DNA of 61,644 bases from Octopus bimaculoides (GCF_001194135.2 NC_068984.1:94984988-95046631), one strand, 5' to 3'. Counted from the first letter of the stretch, positions 47,634 to 61,210 are shown. The notes: generated by a model from the letters alone, not told the origin. Numbers and translations are program-made.

Positions 47634-47759
47634 AACAAACAAGATGAGGACAAATATCCGTCAAATGTAAATAATGTACATAATTCCTCATCTCTTAAAA
47701 ATAGAACTAGATTCAAAGATACTTTTTAAATGGGCTGGTTATGCGACACTGATGTAGGC

Positions 47760-50300
47760 TATGGCTGTGATCTCACTTTCCTTGCCAGGGTCTCAGTCTT
47801 TCGCCATTGCTTCTGCTTTACCACCTCATCCCATTTCTTCCTGGGTCTCTTTCTTCCATGGATTCCTTCCATTGTTAGGGAGTAACACTTTCTCACACAG
47901 TTCTCTTCATCCATACATAGCACATGACCATACCGGCGCAGTCATCTTTTTTGCACACCACATCTGATGCTTCTTATGTCAAATATTTCTCTTAGGGCGC
48001 TTACACTCTGTCGTGTGTGCACACTGACATTACACATCCAGCAGATCATACTAGTTTCATTTCTTTTGAGCCTATGCATGTGTTCAGCAGTCACAGCCCA
48101 TGTTTCGCTGCTGTGAAGCATGGCAGTTCGCATGCTTGCATTGTACAATCTACCTTTCACTCTGAGTGAGAGGCCCTTTGTCACCAGTAGGAGTAGGAGC
48201 TTTCTGAACTTAGTCCAGGCTATTCTTATTCTAGTGGCAATGCTCTCTGAGCATCCACTTCCACTACAGACTTAGTCACCTAGGTAGCAGAGGCTATCCA
48301 CTACTTCTAGTTTCTCCCCCTGGCATGTGATGGAATCAGTTTTCTGAGCATCTGCAGTGTTTATTGCCCCTGTGCATCTGCTGCACACAAAAGCTATCTT
48401 CCCAGTTAACCTTCTTTTGATGTTGCTGCACCTCTTATGCATCCATATCTTATACTGAGTACATCTTATGGAGTTTCTACTTACACCTTTTCTACAGATT
48501 GAGCAGGGCCATCTACCTGAAGGGGTGTGTGATGTGTTCACCTTCCTACTTACCAGGACTTTGGTTTTTGCAACATTGACTCTAAAGCCCTTCGATTCTA
48601 AACCTTGCTTCAACACCTGAAATTTCTTCTGTAGTTCTGGTAGTGACTCTGCTATTAGAGCAAGGTCATCAGCATAGAGGAGCTCCCAGGGGCAGCCCGT
48701 CTTGAATTCCTCTGTTATTGCCTGGAGGACTATGATGAATAAGAGGGGCCTGAGGGCTCATCCTTGGTGAACACCTACCTCTACTCGGAATTCTTCGCTA
48801 TACTCATTACGAACGGCATCCCTGTACAGCTCTTATTAATCACTCATCAATCCCCAGTTTCCGCATCACCCACCAAATAAGGGATCAGGGGACCTTGTCA
48901 AAGGCTTTCTCCAAGTCAACAAAAGCCAAATATAGGGGTTTATCTTTGGCTAGGTATTTCTCCTGCAGTTGCTGTACCAGGAATATAGCATCAGTGGTGC
49001 TTCTACTTGGCACAAGCCTCTTTCTTTTCAGAATCATTAAAAGCAAGTGCATCATTATCCAGGCAGACACATTTCTCTCCTGTGACATCACAATTTTCTC
49101 TCACACACTGTCTTACAATCCAAAATACTTCAGTTCATTGGTCCTCATGTTGCTGAACATTGGCAAACATCTTTTCTGCTTCTCCCTTGGCTATGTATAC
49201 CTGTCGCTCAGCCTCCCTTCTTGCTATCTGTCACAGTTCCCTGCTACCTCCACTCTTCCAGGCTTTCCAGGCCTGTTTCTTTGCTCTAATGGCTTTGTCT
49301 ACCGTATTATTCCACCACCACGTTACTCTAGGTCTGGAAGGGACTTTGCACTAGCCACAGATTTTGTCTGCGGTGCTCAGTAAGCTGTCCTGTAGGAATT
49401 TCCAGTTACTCTCTATGTCCGAAGTCTGTAACTCCTCTTCCCTCTCATCAAATTTCTCAATGAGGATGTCCCTAAATATCTAACCATGTAAAGGGTTCTT
49501 TAGTTTCCAAATCTTTCTTTTCTGGATTCATCTGCTTTTTGGCATCCTTCTAGCCTCGAGTCTAAAGTCGCTAATAACTAGTCTATGCTGGGGAGTGGGG
49601 GGGGGGGTACATTCTTCACCAGGAGGGTCTTTGTATTTAAGAGCAACCCTGCATCCCGCTGTCTGGTGAGGATGAAACCAATCTGGCTAGTAGAGTTGCT
49701 TGATTGATAGATTATCAGGTATCTGTCTGGCTTCCTGAACTTAGTATTATAGATTAAAAGGTAGCATGCATCACAGAACCCCAGTAGCCTAGTTCCGTCT
49801 TTGTTTTGGGAACTGATTCCATGGCTCCCACGAACACCATGGAAGATACCGGATTGCTGTCCGACATGCCCATTAAAATCTCCACTCACAAACATGAGGT
49901 CATTGCCACTCGTGTTTGAGGTGGCCTGTAGAAGGGTGTCATAAAAGTGGTCCTTCTGATCGTTTGGTTGGCCCACTTGTGGGGCGTAGGCAGAGATAAT
50001 TGTAGGTGTGCTGTTCTGCAGGACTAACCTGAGCTTAAGCACTCTATCACATACCCTGACTTTATCCACCAATTTCTCTGCAAGGAGTATGCCTACACCC
50101 CTTCTCCAGCACTGTTACCTTCCCAGAAGATTTTATACCTATGTACCTTGCCTATGAGGACCCTGGCTGAAGCTCCTTTCCACCTTACCTCTTGTATGCA
50201 GCATACATCAACACGTCTCTGTTCAAGCATTTTTACAATCTCACTAGACCTACCTTTCAGTATGCCTACATGGGGAGGGGAGATATTATTCAGTGCCTGA
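47760..50300 (-). mobile_element. Degenerate RTE-clade LINE with internal deletions, divergent subfamily
   Basis: GILKGRSSEIV, CCIQEVRW, SAYAPQVG, GDFNGHVG, AFVDLEKAFDKVP, MLHSSETW. Confidence 0.9.
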
Positions 50301-50833
50301 AAAGAAGGGTTTTGTTTTCGTTTGATAGACATGCTACACCTGTTCTCACTTTTGACCTGTCATCATTCAAACGTTCAAGTGTGTTAAGATTGTTGCCCCT
50401 ACTGGGGGTAGGAGTAGGTGTTAGCGGCGCTGTAAGTAAAAGCATTATGGACGTCGTAAAAGCGTAAATTTAAGCATTCCTGGAGTTGCAGATATAAGTA
50501 AATCAATAAAGATAGATAAAAGAGAAGAAGAAGAGAGAGGATAAGAATATGAATATCAATATGTCAATGTTTGATTAAGTAGGTGGGCAGCTAAACTTGT
50601 TGCATTTGTCCTGGGAGAGGAAATTGCAAGTATGATAGAGGATACTACCAGTGAGGGAGGGGGTTTCCTGTGAGAGAAGAGAGGAACAAGCACGCCCATT
50701 AGTATGAGCATGCACACATCCACACACACACACNNNNNNNNNNNNNNNNNNNNNNNNNNNNNNNNNNNNNNNNNNNNNNNNNNNNNNNNNNNNNNNNNNN
50801 NNNNNNNNNNNNNNNNNNNNNNNNNNNNNNNNN

Positions 50834-51164
50834 TAATCAAAGTATTATTATTATTTAATAATATCTCCTTAAATTCATTAGTATACAACTTACAAAAATT
50901 ACTACCTATACGATAAGATTTCGCCTTACAAACTGCCTCCCAATTTAAAATGTACTTAATATTTTTAGATTTTAATTCCCAAATATATTTACTAAGGCCA
51001 GTAGAATTAATCAAATTTCTATCCTTAAAGGATTTCATGTGTTGAGCCACACGTAATTTAATTTTATTCAAAGTCGATCGTATGTAAATCTTATTGAAAT
51101 TATAACCATTAAATTTATTCCCGTCCATTAAAGTTACTATACATTTATACACCACATCCTTCAA
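50834..51164 (-). mobile_element. Penelope-like GIY-YIG endonuclease fragment
   Basis: DVVYKCIV..KIYIRST..KLRVAQHMKSF..TGLSKYIWELK..NWE..AKSY..FCKLY..E. Confidence 0.75.
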
Positions 51165-51270
51165 ATCACATTTATTATTAAATTTACATTTGGTCTTATC
51201 TCTACATGTACAATTAATTATATCCTGGTCCTTATTATTATTATTAGAATAAGTATTTAATTTATAGTTA

Positions 51271-52010
51271 TCATATATATAATAAAGATGAAAATTTGTT
51301 TGTGTGTGTGTGTCTGTCAGACCATCTCTAGCAAGAAAGGCTACACCATCTATATAAAAACTAAAAGCTAAGTGTTGTGTAAAATTTTACACCGAAGACA
51401 ATGGAAGTTGTCCTGAAGGGAGCTAGTGGCCCTTTTCCAAAATGTAGATGTCACAGTTCCCAAATAAATTACCACTCTAAGGGAGATAACTAAATAAACA
51501 AAAGACTTGAGAATGTTTTACCAGGAAATGAACATACTTACAAATCTATAAACTCTGTTGTTGATGACTCGGAAATTGTCAATTACCCCTTTGACTTCTT
51601 AAACTCACTTGAGACACAAGGAGCTCTTCCTCATTACTTTTCATTGAAAATAGGCACTCCAATCATGCCTCTACAGAACTTTCCTCAAACAAAACTGTGC
51701 AATGACACAAGACTTGTGAAGAAATTAATGAGAAATGTCAGAGTCCACAATAAGTTCTTTCTGTGGAAAAGACGAAGATGTTTTTATTCCTTGCTTACCT
51801 TTAATATCTTCCAATATGCCCTTCCAATTCAAACAACTTCTAATTAACAATACATCTGTCTTTTGCGATGTCCATTAATAAGTCCCAATATCTGACTTTG
51901 AAAGTTACTGCTTTGGAATTAGAGAAGGACAGTTTTTCACAGTCACTTATATATGTTGGGGCCCCATAGTGGGGAGCAAGGACAATCTTCATTTTTATCC
52001 CTACTGACAA
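51271..52010 (+). mobile_element. Helitron fragment: 5' end plus PIF1-like helicase C-terminal relic
   Basis: A|TCATATATATAATAAAGATG 5' end. [34 protein letters not shown] and AMSINKSQ-like motifs. Confidence 0.8.
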
Positions 52011-52089
52011 AAACCTGAAGTTTTTGGCATGGGATCAACAAACTAAAATTTGCAGAATGAATAATAACTTCAAAGACTGAAATACTACA

Positions 52090-53760
52090 GATCATAGATT
52101 AGAAATTTATATGCACAAACCTGTGAAATTCTTTACTACTACAGAAGTTGAATGGGAGGCTGTAAGAGTTGATTACATCAACATCAAAGAAAACAATGTA
52201 ATGCTAGCAATAGATTATATAGACACAAACTCAGCTGCTGGCCCTGAGGGATTCCTAGTAATCCTCCTCAAGTCAAGCAAACAAGTCCTTACAAAACCAT
52301 TGCAGCTATTTTTTCAGAGCTTCCTCACAAATGGTAAGCTCCTGGACAAACTAAAGGAGGGAATAATATGCTGTACCCATAAAAGAGGAAGCAGAGTAGA
52401 TGCTAAAAACTATAGGCCTATCTCTCTGACCTCACACATCAGCAAAGTCATAGAATGAATAGTTGGAAGGAAATTAATTGCATTCTTTGAAGAGAATGAC
52501 TTGCTGACTGACACCCAGCATGGTTTTTGACCAGGTAGAAGCTGCCTGACACAGCTGTTGCAGCATTACAACTGGGTGCTAAAGCAGCTGCTCAGTAACT
52601 CAAATGTGGGCGTGATTGACATACTTCGACTTTGCAAAAGATTTGACAAAGTCGACCATGGTATGATTTATCACAAGCTCCGAAATCTTGGCATATTTGG
52701 AAAACTTAAAGAATGGCTACATGACTTTCTAAAAGATATAAGTCAGGTAGTGGTGGTCAATGGGGCCACCTCCAAGAAAACACAAATAATGAGTGGTGTT
52801 CCACAGGGCACTGTCCTGTAGCCACTGTTATTCATAGTGGCTCTCTCTGACATGCTCTCACCTGCTCAGGTACCTACCCTTGCTAACTATGCAGATAATA
52901 TAAAAGTCTTTCAGAAGATTCAGAACCCTGGAAACATTGTGCATCTGCAACGTCAGTTGGATGCAATATGCAGGTGCACTGAGGAAAATAACATGCAGTT
53001 TAATGCTAGAACATTCAAAGTCCTACGCTTCCAACATAAGAAGCTCAAAGAAAAGCAGATAAAATACATTGGCCCAGGAGGGATTCCGATCCCTGAATCA
53101 AAATCAGTGCATGACCTGGGCATCGACATGAGTAATGATGCATCTTCACAGGTGCACATTACTAAGTTGGCAATAAAATGCAGACATCTGGATGGGTGGA
53201 TCCTTTGAACTTTTGAAACAAGAGAAAAGGAAGCCATGATGGTTATCTGGAGGACTTTCATTCTCAGCCATCTGGATTACTGCTCCCAAGTGTGGTCACC
53301 AAACAGTGTAAAATTAATGATGGCACTTGAGGCTATCCAGCGAAGCTATACAAGGAAGATCAATACGATGCGATATATCAGCTACTAGGAGAGACTGAAA
53401 GAGTTAAGTTTCTACTCCGTGGAGCAAAGGCGGGCAAGATATGCAATAATATGCGTCTGGAAAATCCTAGAAAAGCTTGTTCCAACCTTTGGCATTGTCA
53501 CTTACACAAACAGCTGGATAGGATGCTACTGCATGCTACCAAAGGTCCCAACATTGCCACCAGGATAGAGAACCAGCTTGGGCTTCAAAGTCCCACAGCT
53601 CTTCAATATCCTCCCACAAAGCCTGAGATACCTGCATGGCATGGATGTAGGATTTTTCAAAACAAAACTAGATCCTCTTCTGAGTTCTGGATGAACCTAC
53701 TTCTAGGCAAAAAACACTGATGAGGGGAGCAAAGTCAAGCCCCCTCATTCACCAAATGTC
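52090..53760 (+). mobile_element. CR1-group LINE RT, 5'-truncated and degenerate
   Basis: SAAGPEG, KNYRPISLTSHISKVIE, QHGF*PGRSCLTQLL, FDKVDH, SGVPQGTVL, YADNIK, DLGI, HLDYCSQVWSP. Confidence 0.9.
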
Positions 53761-53959
53761 GCATGTCAGAGGCAGATTTAGGTACCAGAAACTAACACAT
53801 TTTGATAAGTCAATTCAGATATGATCAGTGAAATATTTCTCATACAATTCCACGCCAAGTCTTTGGTCTTCATCTTCATCCAAAGAAATCTTATTCACTT
53901 TGTAGGATAAACAGCATTGGATCGGAACCAAGATGATGAAATGACTTTATTTTGTGCAG

Positions 53960-55720
53960 CCTCTCAATCAGCTACATTATCAACATCTGAAACAATCAAA
54001 ATAAATTATAGAAATTCTCTTTGTACCTTGACTGATTTTGGATCAACAAACAGTTTTATTGCAAAGGAATCGGTTGCTTCATTGCAACTTTATGTAATTT
54101 ATCATTAGTCTACTATGAAGTTTGAGGACTATTCTCCTTTTACTATATATGATTACATTGATATCAGAATACGAATCCAATGTCAAAATTAAAATGTACA
54201 ACAGATGGTAGTTTATATCTGAGACACAACTAATTGTAAAAATGAGTTTCTTAGCTCATTACCAACCAATAAAGATGGATCCTAGAAGAGAATGACCAAA
54301 ACTACTATTTATGATATCTTACACATTAATGCTGTACTATTTTCTTTTTTTCAGTAATGAAGATTGACCCACTTTCCATATTTTCTAATTTTCTTATCAA
54401 CCAAAGTGTATTAAATCATGCAAACTATTTTCAACAGATTTTGAAATCATCTATATGGAAGTCAATCACCTATTAAAAGAAGGTTTAATTGAGCCTTCAC
54501 ATTTTCCATGAAATGCACAAGTTCTTGTCACAGGAACTAACAAACTATGATTGGCAATAGATTATGCCCAAATTGGCGATAGATTCCCCCAACTTAATAC
54601 CTATCTATCCTCAAATATCATCAACATTTTTAATACATGCAGCTACTAGGACAGCCAAAACATAAAAAATAAGAATGAATTGTATAGAAATATTTACTCA
54701 CATAATAAAATAAGTATATAAAAAATAAAAATAAAATCTCTCTCTCTCAACATTTCTCTCCCCTTGAGGGAAATTTCTCCCCCTCTTCTATTTCTTAGCA
54801 AACCCTATTTCTCTGCCTCTTAAGCTGAAAACAACCGCAGATGGCAGCAGCAACGGCAGTCACCAGTCAAATTTCACACATTTTGTATTTAGTTACACAA
54901 GATATGATATAAACATGAAATCAGCATGTTATCAAATATAAATTCAAAATTGAAGATAAAGTCCTTACTACATTTAATGCTTATGAGAATCTTTACCAAT
55001 TTTGTTGATTGTGCATTGGTCTCACAAATGTAGTCCCAAAAATTGAGAAGTATAAACCAAGGAAGTACCTCTTTATCTTGATGAGATAATAATTGATGAT
55101 GTGATACAAGAGGAACATAATTCAAATCTGATTGTTTTTTAAAATTATTTCAGTTATGACATGTATTGGTGCTAAGGAAACTGCTTTACTTAAGTCATAC
55201 CATTGAAAATTGTAGCAAGCAATCTGACCCTGAGAGGTTTAAGCATTTGATGGATTTTCATATACCAACCATATTTCCTCAGTTTGCTTACAATGTTAAA
55301 TAAGTTAAAAATTACTTGTACAAAGTTAACCTTTCTTGATTTCATAAGAAAAATTATTTCAGTTGGATGTAAGGGCTCTCAAAAGTTATTTTCCATTTTA
55401 AAGGCAGATGCTGCCACATCATATCTAGCCACACCAAATGATAAAAGATATAATTCTTCGGATAAACTTTCAGGCTAAGTCTCCTTTTTGACTATAACGT
55501 CCTCTCTTCTTCTCACCTACTTCAGAGATCCTGAAAAGAATAGAAGATCATCAGCTTTCTCTCTCTGACTAAATTGGAAAGAAGAAAGCATTTGCAATCA
55601 TTGAAGCTTTTCGGAAATGGAGATCTTTCATTCAAGCATTTTATAGAACAGTAAAGGCCAGAGCATTATTTTTCTTAAATAAAAAATATGGAATTAAAAA
55701 TACTTCTAATTTAAGAAAAG
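53960..55720 (+). mobile_element. Very degenerate Ty3/gypsy pol relics
   Basis: LTDFGSTNSFI (protease), EGLIEPSHFP*NAQVLV..LAIDY (RT start), AFAIIEAFRKWRSF (RNase H). Confidence 0.6.
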
Positions 55721-56114
55721 AATTGCTATGGCTGTTCTGTCTTTACATAAATGAGTCTGCGCGCACATACACACTGATTAAAAACACAACTATATTCAAA
55801 TTTTTTATTTTTTATTTTAGGTTTTGCATATTTTTTAAAAACTTTTTACAGTTTGTTTGAAGCAGTGGTGTTCCTAAATCCATGTCTGACATTTCAAGAA
55901 TTAAATATATTTGGCATCTTTGTAATATACTACTTGATTTTATGTAGTCTTTAATACTTAGCATCATGTATCAGCAGTCACAAACATAAAATTCTATGAT
56001 ATGGCAGCTAAAAACAAAACATATGCAAAGGAATTCCAAAGGAAATTGATTAAAAGGCAAATAGGTACAGCAACTCAAGAGATCAGAAAAACAAATCATC
56101 ATGTACATGTTCTT

Positions 56115-56472
56115 TTATTCTTTTATTTGTTTCAGTCATTTCACTGTAGCCATGCTGGAGTATCACCTTAAAAGGTTTTAGTTGAAGAAATCAACCCCAG
56201 GATTTATTCTTTGTAAACATAGTACTTATTCTATAGGTCTTTTATGCTGAACTGTTAAGTTATGGGAACATAAATACACCAGCATCATCTGTCAAGTAAT
56301 GGCAGGGGGACGAACACAAACTCACACACACAAATACACACATATATGATGGGCTTCTTTCAGATTCTGTCTACTCAAAAGGTTTTGGTTGGCCAAGGTG
56401 TCATGCAGTCGGACTGAACCTGGAACCATGTGGTTGGGAAGCAAGCTTCTTACCACAGACCCACACCTGTGC
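56115..56472 (-). mobile_element. tRNA-derived SINE (CORE-like)
   Basis: Reverse complement of a head like the one at 42555 (gtgtgg..tgtggtaagaagcttgcttcccaaccacatggttccaggttcagtcc). Confidence 0.7.
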
Positions 56473-56589
56473 CTATATACATATATATATTTTTATATAC
56501 ATGTGTAATTGCTAAAAAGGACAACAAATGTAAAGGTAAGGCAAACATCTCAAGTCATATACATTATTATTATTGGAAAAAAGATTCAA

Positions 56590-56628
56590 ATCTTACAGCT
56601 GTTTCTGGGATATTCCGTCATCAAAGAC
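56590..56628 (-). ncRNA. Degenerate hammerhead motif
   Basis: GTCT TTGATGA cggaatatccca GAAA CAGCTG TA AGAT. C3 is changed to U and stem II has collapsed. Confidence 0.5.
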
Positions 56629-56936
56629 AAACAGGGAAAATGAGACATAGAGGACAGAAGTAAAGGAATAAGGAGATGAAGAAAGAGAAGAAAAAAAGAA
56701 GCTTAAAAGTTCACAGTTCAATTTTCCGATCTTGTAGAAATATAGGTGCAATCTTGCATAAATTCATGTGGGTTAAAGTCCTGATAGTGTAAATGTGCTT
56801 ATTTCTACAAGATCGGAAAGTTGAACTGTGAACTTTTATGCTTTTTTTTTTCCTTCTCTTTCTTCATCTTATTCCTTTACTCCTATCCTCTGTGTTGTCA
56901 TTTTATTAATCCATACCCTTCTCATTTTCCCTATTT

Positions 56937-56992
56937 GTCTCCGATGATGGAATATCCCATACTCTGGGATATCTCAGAAACAGCTGCAAGAT
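56937..56992 (+). ncRNA. Degenerate hammerhead motif
   Basis: GTCT CCGATGA tggaatatccca-tactc-tgggatatctca GAAA CAGCTG CA AGAT. U4 is changed to C and U16.1 to C. Confidence 0.55.
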
Positions 56993-57146
56993 TTTGAATC
57001 TTTTTTCTAATAATAATAATAATGTATATGACTTGAGATGTTCGTTGTCTTCTTTAACAATTATATATCCACTATATCGGAAATCTGCAATGACTCCATA
57101 TTTACTGCCTTGGCTGTAACCTTGGAGCCCTAGTAATCCATTTCAG

Positions 57147-57676
57147 CAGTGGTTCCCAAACTATGAGTTGTGACCCACTGATGGGTCGCGAATGAAATCC
57201 TAGTGGGTCGCAAAAAGTTATAAAATTACACATTAGCTTTGATTAACTGCTGTCTATCAAGATAGTTCAAGACTCGTGTTTTCAATAGCAGACTGGTTGT
57301 TTTATCAAGCAGTAGGCTTTTTTCACGAACTTAACAAATCAGAGGTGATCATTTTCTCAAGTTATTTATTCGTACATAATCGTAAAAAGGAAAAGTCTCT
57401 AGGCGCAGTACAGTACTGATTGAGCCAATAACAGTTACTGCTTCGAGGTTTTGTATTAGAGTTAATACCTGAAACTATCATGCATTGAACCTGATGTTAA
57501 TTCTATTATTGAGCGTAGCAAGAAACAGGCTCATCCTTCTCACAGGCCTCAATGAAAATGTAATCTGAAATAAATTTGTTTCTTTCATTAATGTTTTTAC
57601 CCAGTAGTTAAGTGGGTCACCATAAACTGGTATCATAAATAGTGGGTTGCGTCTCTAAAAACTTTGGGAACCACTG
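57147..57676. mobile_element. hAT (Charlie-type) MITE
   Basis: TIR cagtggttcccaaa at both ends, with 8-bp TSD catttcag / cattacag. Confidence 0.9.
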
Positions 57677-57788
57677 CATTACAGCATTTACCTAGCATAC
57701 CTAGTCATTTAGATCACCTGTGAACTAAACCCCCTTATTTTGTGTGTGTATATATATCTATATCTATATCTATCTATCTATCTATCTA

Positions 57789-57821
<33 letters not shown>

Positions 57822-58164
57822 TTGATATCATGTAAAAGTTGACCCCCCCCTATTTTGGGCTAAAAAACTGAGAATTTATCTATAGACTCTGTATAAAAGT
57901 CAACCCTAGTATTTCATGAACAACAGGACATTTGTGGGCCAAGGTACCATATTATCTTGTACGTAGAAATAGCACTGTTACAAAATTGTGTGGCTACCTT
58001 ACTGTAGCCTGCTCTATAGGTGGAATGCTTGGTGCTTATAATGGAATGCTTAGTGCTTATAGTAAAATACCATTTAATAGTGAGCACTACACATCTGTTG
58101 ATGGGTGCCACATTACCATTACTAAAATGTATGCAGAGGATATGCTGCAAGCCTGCATACATCT

Positions 58165-58500
58165 TGAAGCACAATAAACACATGCATCATACACTTGTTT
58201 ACATGGTGAGAAACATGTTTCACAGACAGCACTATTGGTGAACACTGGCAAATGCCACTGTTTGAATCTGTACAAAGGCATGACTTTGGTAAGCCTAAAA
58301 GCATTCAATTAATCACTAGATCAGTGGTTTCCACATAACCTTTATATTTTCCTCATCTCCAAATACAATAAGCACATGTGTGATACACTCATCTGTTTAC
58401 ATGCACTATCGATGAACAACAGCAAACATTACTGTATGAATTCGTACAGAGGCATGACTTCCGTAAACCTAAAAACACTTAGTTAATCGCTAGATCAGTG
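58165..58500 (+). repeat. Diverged tandem duplication, about 180-bp unit, each unit ending at a hAT-like cagtg(g/a)t start
   Basis: Shared blocks acaataa(a/g)cacatg, tgtttacatg, ggcatgactt, ttaatc(a/g)ctagatcagtg. Confidence 0.6.
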
Positions 58501-58919
58501 ATCACCAAACTTTTTTTGCCACAGAATCGTTCGACATTATTTTTAAAAACATGGAACTCCTGATAACTTTCAGGGCACCCTGGGGTTTTGCGGAACACAT
58601 TTTGGGAATCCCTGCTCCAGATTAACAGCTCTACACCACATAATGGACATTTACTGGTAACTACACATAAGAGCTATGTGGCCTTGTTTATTGGTTTTGT
58701 TATTTATTAGGACATGTGTTTTGATGCATAGAATTGGTGCTAATATTGTAATTCGTTGTGTTGTTTTTAATCACTTAGAAATCAGTTGGGCTTTTGCTGC
58801 TGATATGGTACTTCAGATTCTAGCTTGAATTTCAGTCCCTCAAAAGTAATATCCATGTAATAGTCGATCTCATAAATTTGACCTGAAAAAATGGTCTAAA
58901 AAATTCTACTTTTACACAA

Positions 58920-58971
<52 letters not shown>

Positions 58972-59188
58972 CCATGCCAGTACCGCCTGACTGGTCTTCA
59001 TGCGGGTGACACGTAAAAGCACCCACTACACTCTCTGAGTGGTTGACGTTAGGAAGGGCATCCAGCTGTAGAAACTCTGCCAAATCAGATTGGAGCCTGG
59101 TGTTGCCATCCGGTTTCACCAGTCCTCAGTCAAATCGTACAACCCATGCTAGCATGGAAAGCGGACGTTAAACAATGATGATGATGAT
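58972..59188 (+). mobile_element. RTE 3' tail fragment next to (TA)n
   Basis: Ends gctagcatggaaagcggacgttaaacaatgatgatgatg. Confidence 0.9.
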
Positions 59189-59189
59189 T

Positions 59190-60290
59190 CATCTGGTGGT
59201 CACTGCAGAAGCTAAGAGTAGATAAGTGATTGTGAGAGCCATCCAAGCCATGTACAGGGTTGTTGTCATTAAGGTGAGAGTTGGCAATGTATTTAGTGTT
59301 CAGGTAGGGGATCACAAGAGTTTGATTTTCAGTTCCCTCCTTTTTACCACAGTCTTCTAGGCCATAACTGAGGGCTATAAAACTGGTTGCTTATGGAAGC
59401 TCCTCTATACCAATGGTGTTGTTCTTATATGTGAATCTGTAGTAGAATTACAAATGAAATTCCAAGTGTGGAAGCAAAACCTGAAATCAAAGGGCATTAA
59501 AGTTAACTTAGCAACAACCAAAGTTCTAGTAATCAGGAAAATAAGCAAACCACTAATCCCTTCTGGAAAATGATCCTGTTTGATATGTAGGAAAGGTGTT
59601 GGTAGAAATTCCATATTGAGTACCCAATGCAGATTGTGGACACATAAGTGCAGTTAAAACACAAAAAGGTTAGTTGAGAAAGTAGTTTTTGTGAGGGGCA
59701 AAACTACAAGAAAAATAAACACTTAGAATGTACAGGAAATAGATTTTCTCATATGCTCAGGAGGATCCTTTGAGGTAGGAGATAGCATCTGTTGCCTAGG
59801 TAACCTAATTAGTAGTAGAAGAGGATGTTGTGAAAGCATGGATGTTCTTAACTCCCAGAGTAAAAGGCAAACTGTATGATGCTTGTGTACAACAGCAATG
59901 CTAAATGATAGTGAAATGTGGGCTGTGAATGCAAAAGACATGTAAAGGCTTGAAAGAAATGAAGCTAGCCTGCTCGGCTGCTTGTGCAACATCAGTGTGG
60001 TTGTTCATCAGCATGCAAATGTGTTGAGAAAAAAGTGGGTATAAGAGTTATCAGCTGTAGTGTTCAAGAAAGAAGTTCTGTACAGGTATGGTCATGTGAT
60101 GTGTATGAATGATGACAGCTGCATAAAGGAGTGCTGATCATTAAATATAGATGATGATACTTGTAGAAGAGGATGATCCAGGAAGACATGGCTCAAAGTA
60201 GTGAAGGCTGACCTTCAGTCTCCCAGAATGGATGACAAAGGACCTACTTGATTGGTGATTTGCCATATTTGAGAAGACCCACCCATCTCA
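59190..60290 (+). mobile_element. Old degenerate RTE RT C-terminal half
   Basis: Colinear with 35200-35940 (gagagccatccaagccatgtacag, caggtgtggaagcaa-like, gtaaaaggcaaactgtatgatgc). Confidence 0.75.
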
Positions 60291-61164
60291 GCAAAAATTA
60301 TACCCTAAAAGCATATCGTTTATGTCTATGCCCCTGCACCTGTCAAGCTTTCCCAAGAAATCATTTTCATAACACCCATCCTTCTTTTGCCCCTTTAATC
60401 CTGGCACTATTTCACAGCTGTTGTAATATGAGATCAGAACTGCACATATTCCGTCCCAATTTTCATGCTACTAGTTATCCCTCTCCTTGATACCCATTCC
60501 ACACTCCCAGCATCTTCTCTTACCTCTTTATTTTCACTGACCACCCTCATATCTACCAGTGACCCACATACCCCGCTTTTTTGTCACCTTATCTACCCCA
60601 TGTGCTTCTGACTTACATTTCTGTCACTGTACAACTCACTCCCAAACATTTCATATCATCTCCCTATTCTCATCTATCTACAGCTTTATTATATTGTTCT
60701 CGTCAACTCCCCTTTTTATATGTATATAACACTATTCAGTGTACTTTTTCATCAGATACATACAACTGTTTAGTTGAAGATAATGGAGAATGCTCAAGGA
60801 AGCAAGGCTACTGGAAAGAATGGAAAAAATGGGAGTGAAGATTAGAATTGGTAAAGAACCAATGGTGTGCCTTATTCACCTTAGTGAGATAGGGTGTAGT
60901 TTCATTTCATCATCAGCATACTCAAATTATTGTAGTAGCTGCAGTAATGACTGCATCTCATTAATTATACATGGCGTCAATAATGGGCAGTCAGCATACC
61001 AAAAGCTGGGATATATATTGCTAAGGATAGTAAATGAGTCATAAACGCTCATATCAGGTGGTGAAAGGAGGAACAGGTAAAAGGAAAAAAGGGAAAAAGA
61101 ATAAAGACAAAGTAGTTGGGAGTAGTTACTTGTATATGTACACACATGGATACACTAGTCCATG

Positions 61165-61166
61165 CG

Positions 61167-61210
<44 letters not shown>
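61165..61210. repeat. (CA)n microsatellite
   Basis: Read directly. Confidence 0.95.

Larger units (their letters stand above)
45598..47709 (+). mobile_element. 5'-truncated Penelope-like element: inverted partial terminal repeat, RT, gap, full terminal repeat
   Basis: MYGLPEIHKDGIPLRPIV, VSLDVISLFT, GLAMGLPLSPIIANIYME, WL*YVDD, YCKPTFTGQY..SHHP. 45598-45677 is the reverse complement of the end of 47431-47709. Confidence 0.93.
56544..57042. mobile_element. Head-to-head inverted duplication (57-bp spacer) with a hammerhead-like motif in each arm
   Basis: 56544-56742 is the diverged reverse complement of 56800-57042. Confidence 0.88.

Noticed and set aside
50325-50372. Hammerhead-like ATGATGA..AGAA-CAGGTG-TA on the minus strand
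   Set aside because: Too many core deviations and no convincing stems
57932-58177. 81-aa ORF MWAKVPYY..
   Set aside because: No motif, contains a local 21-bp duplication, and has no splice or promoter support
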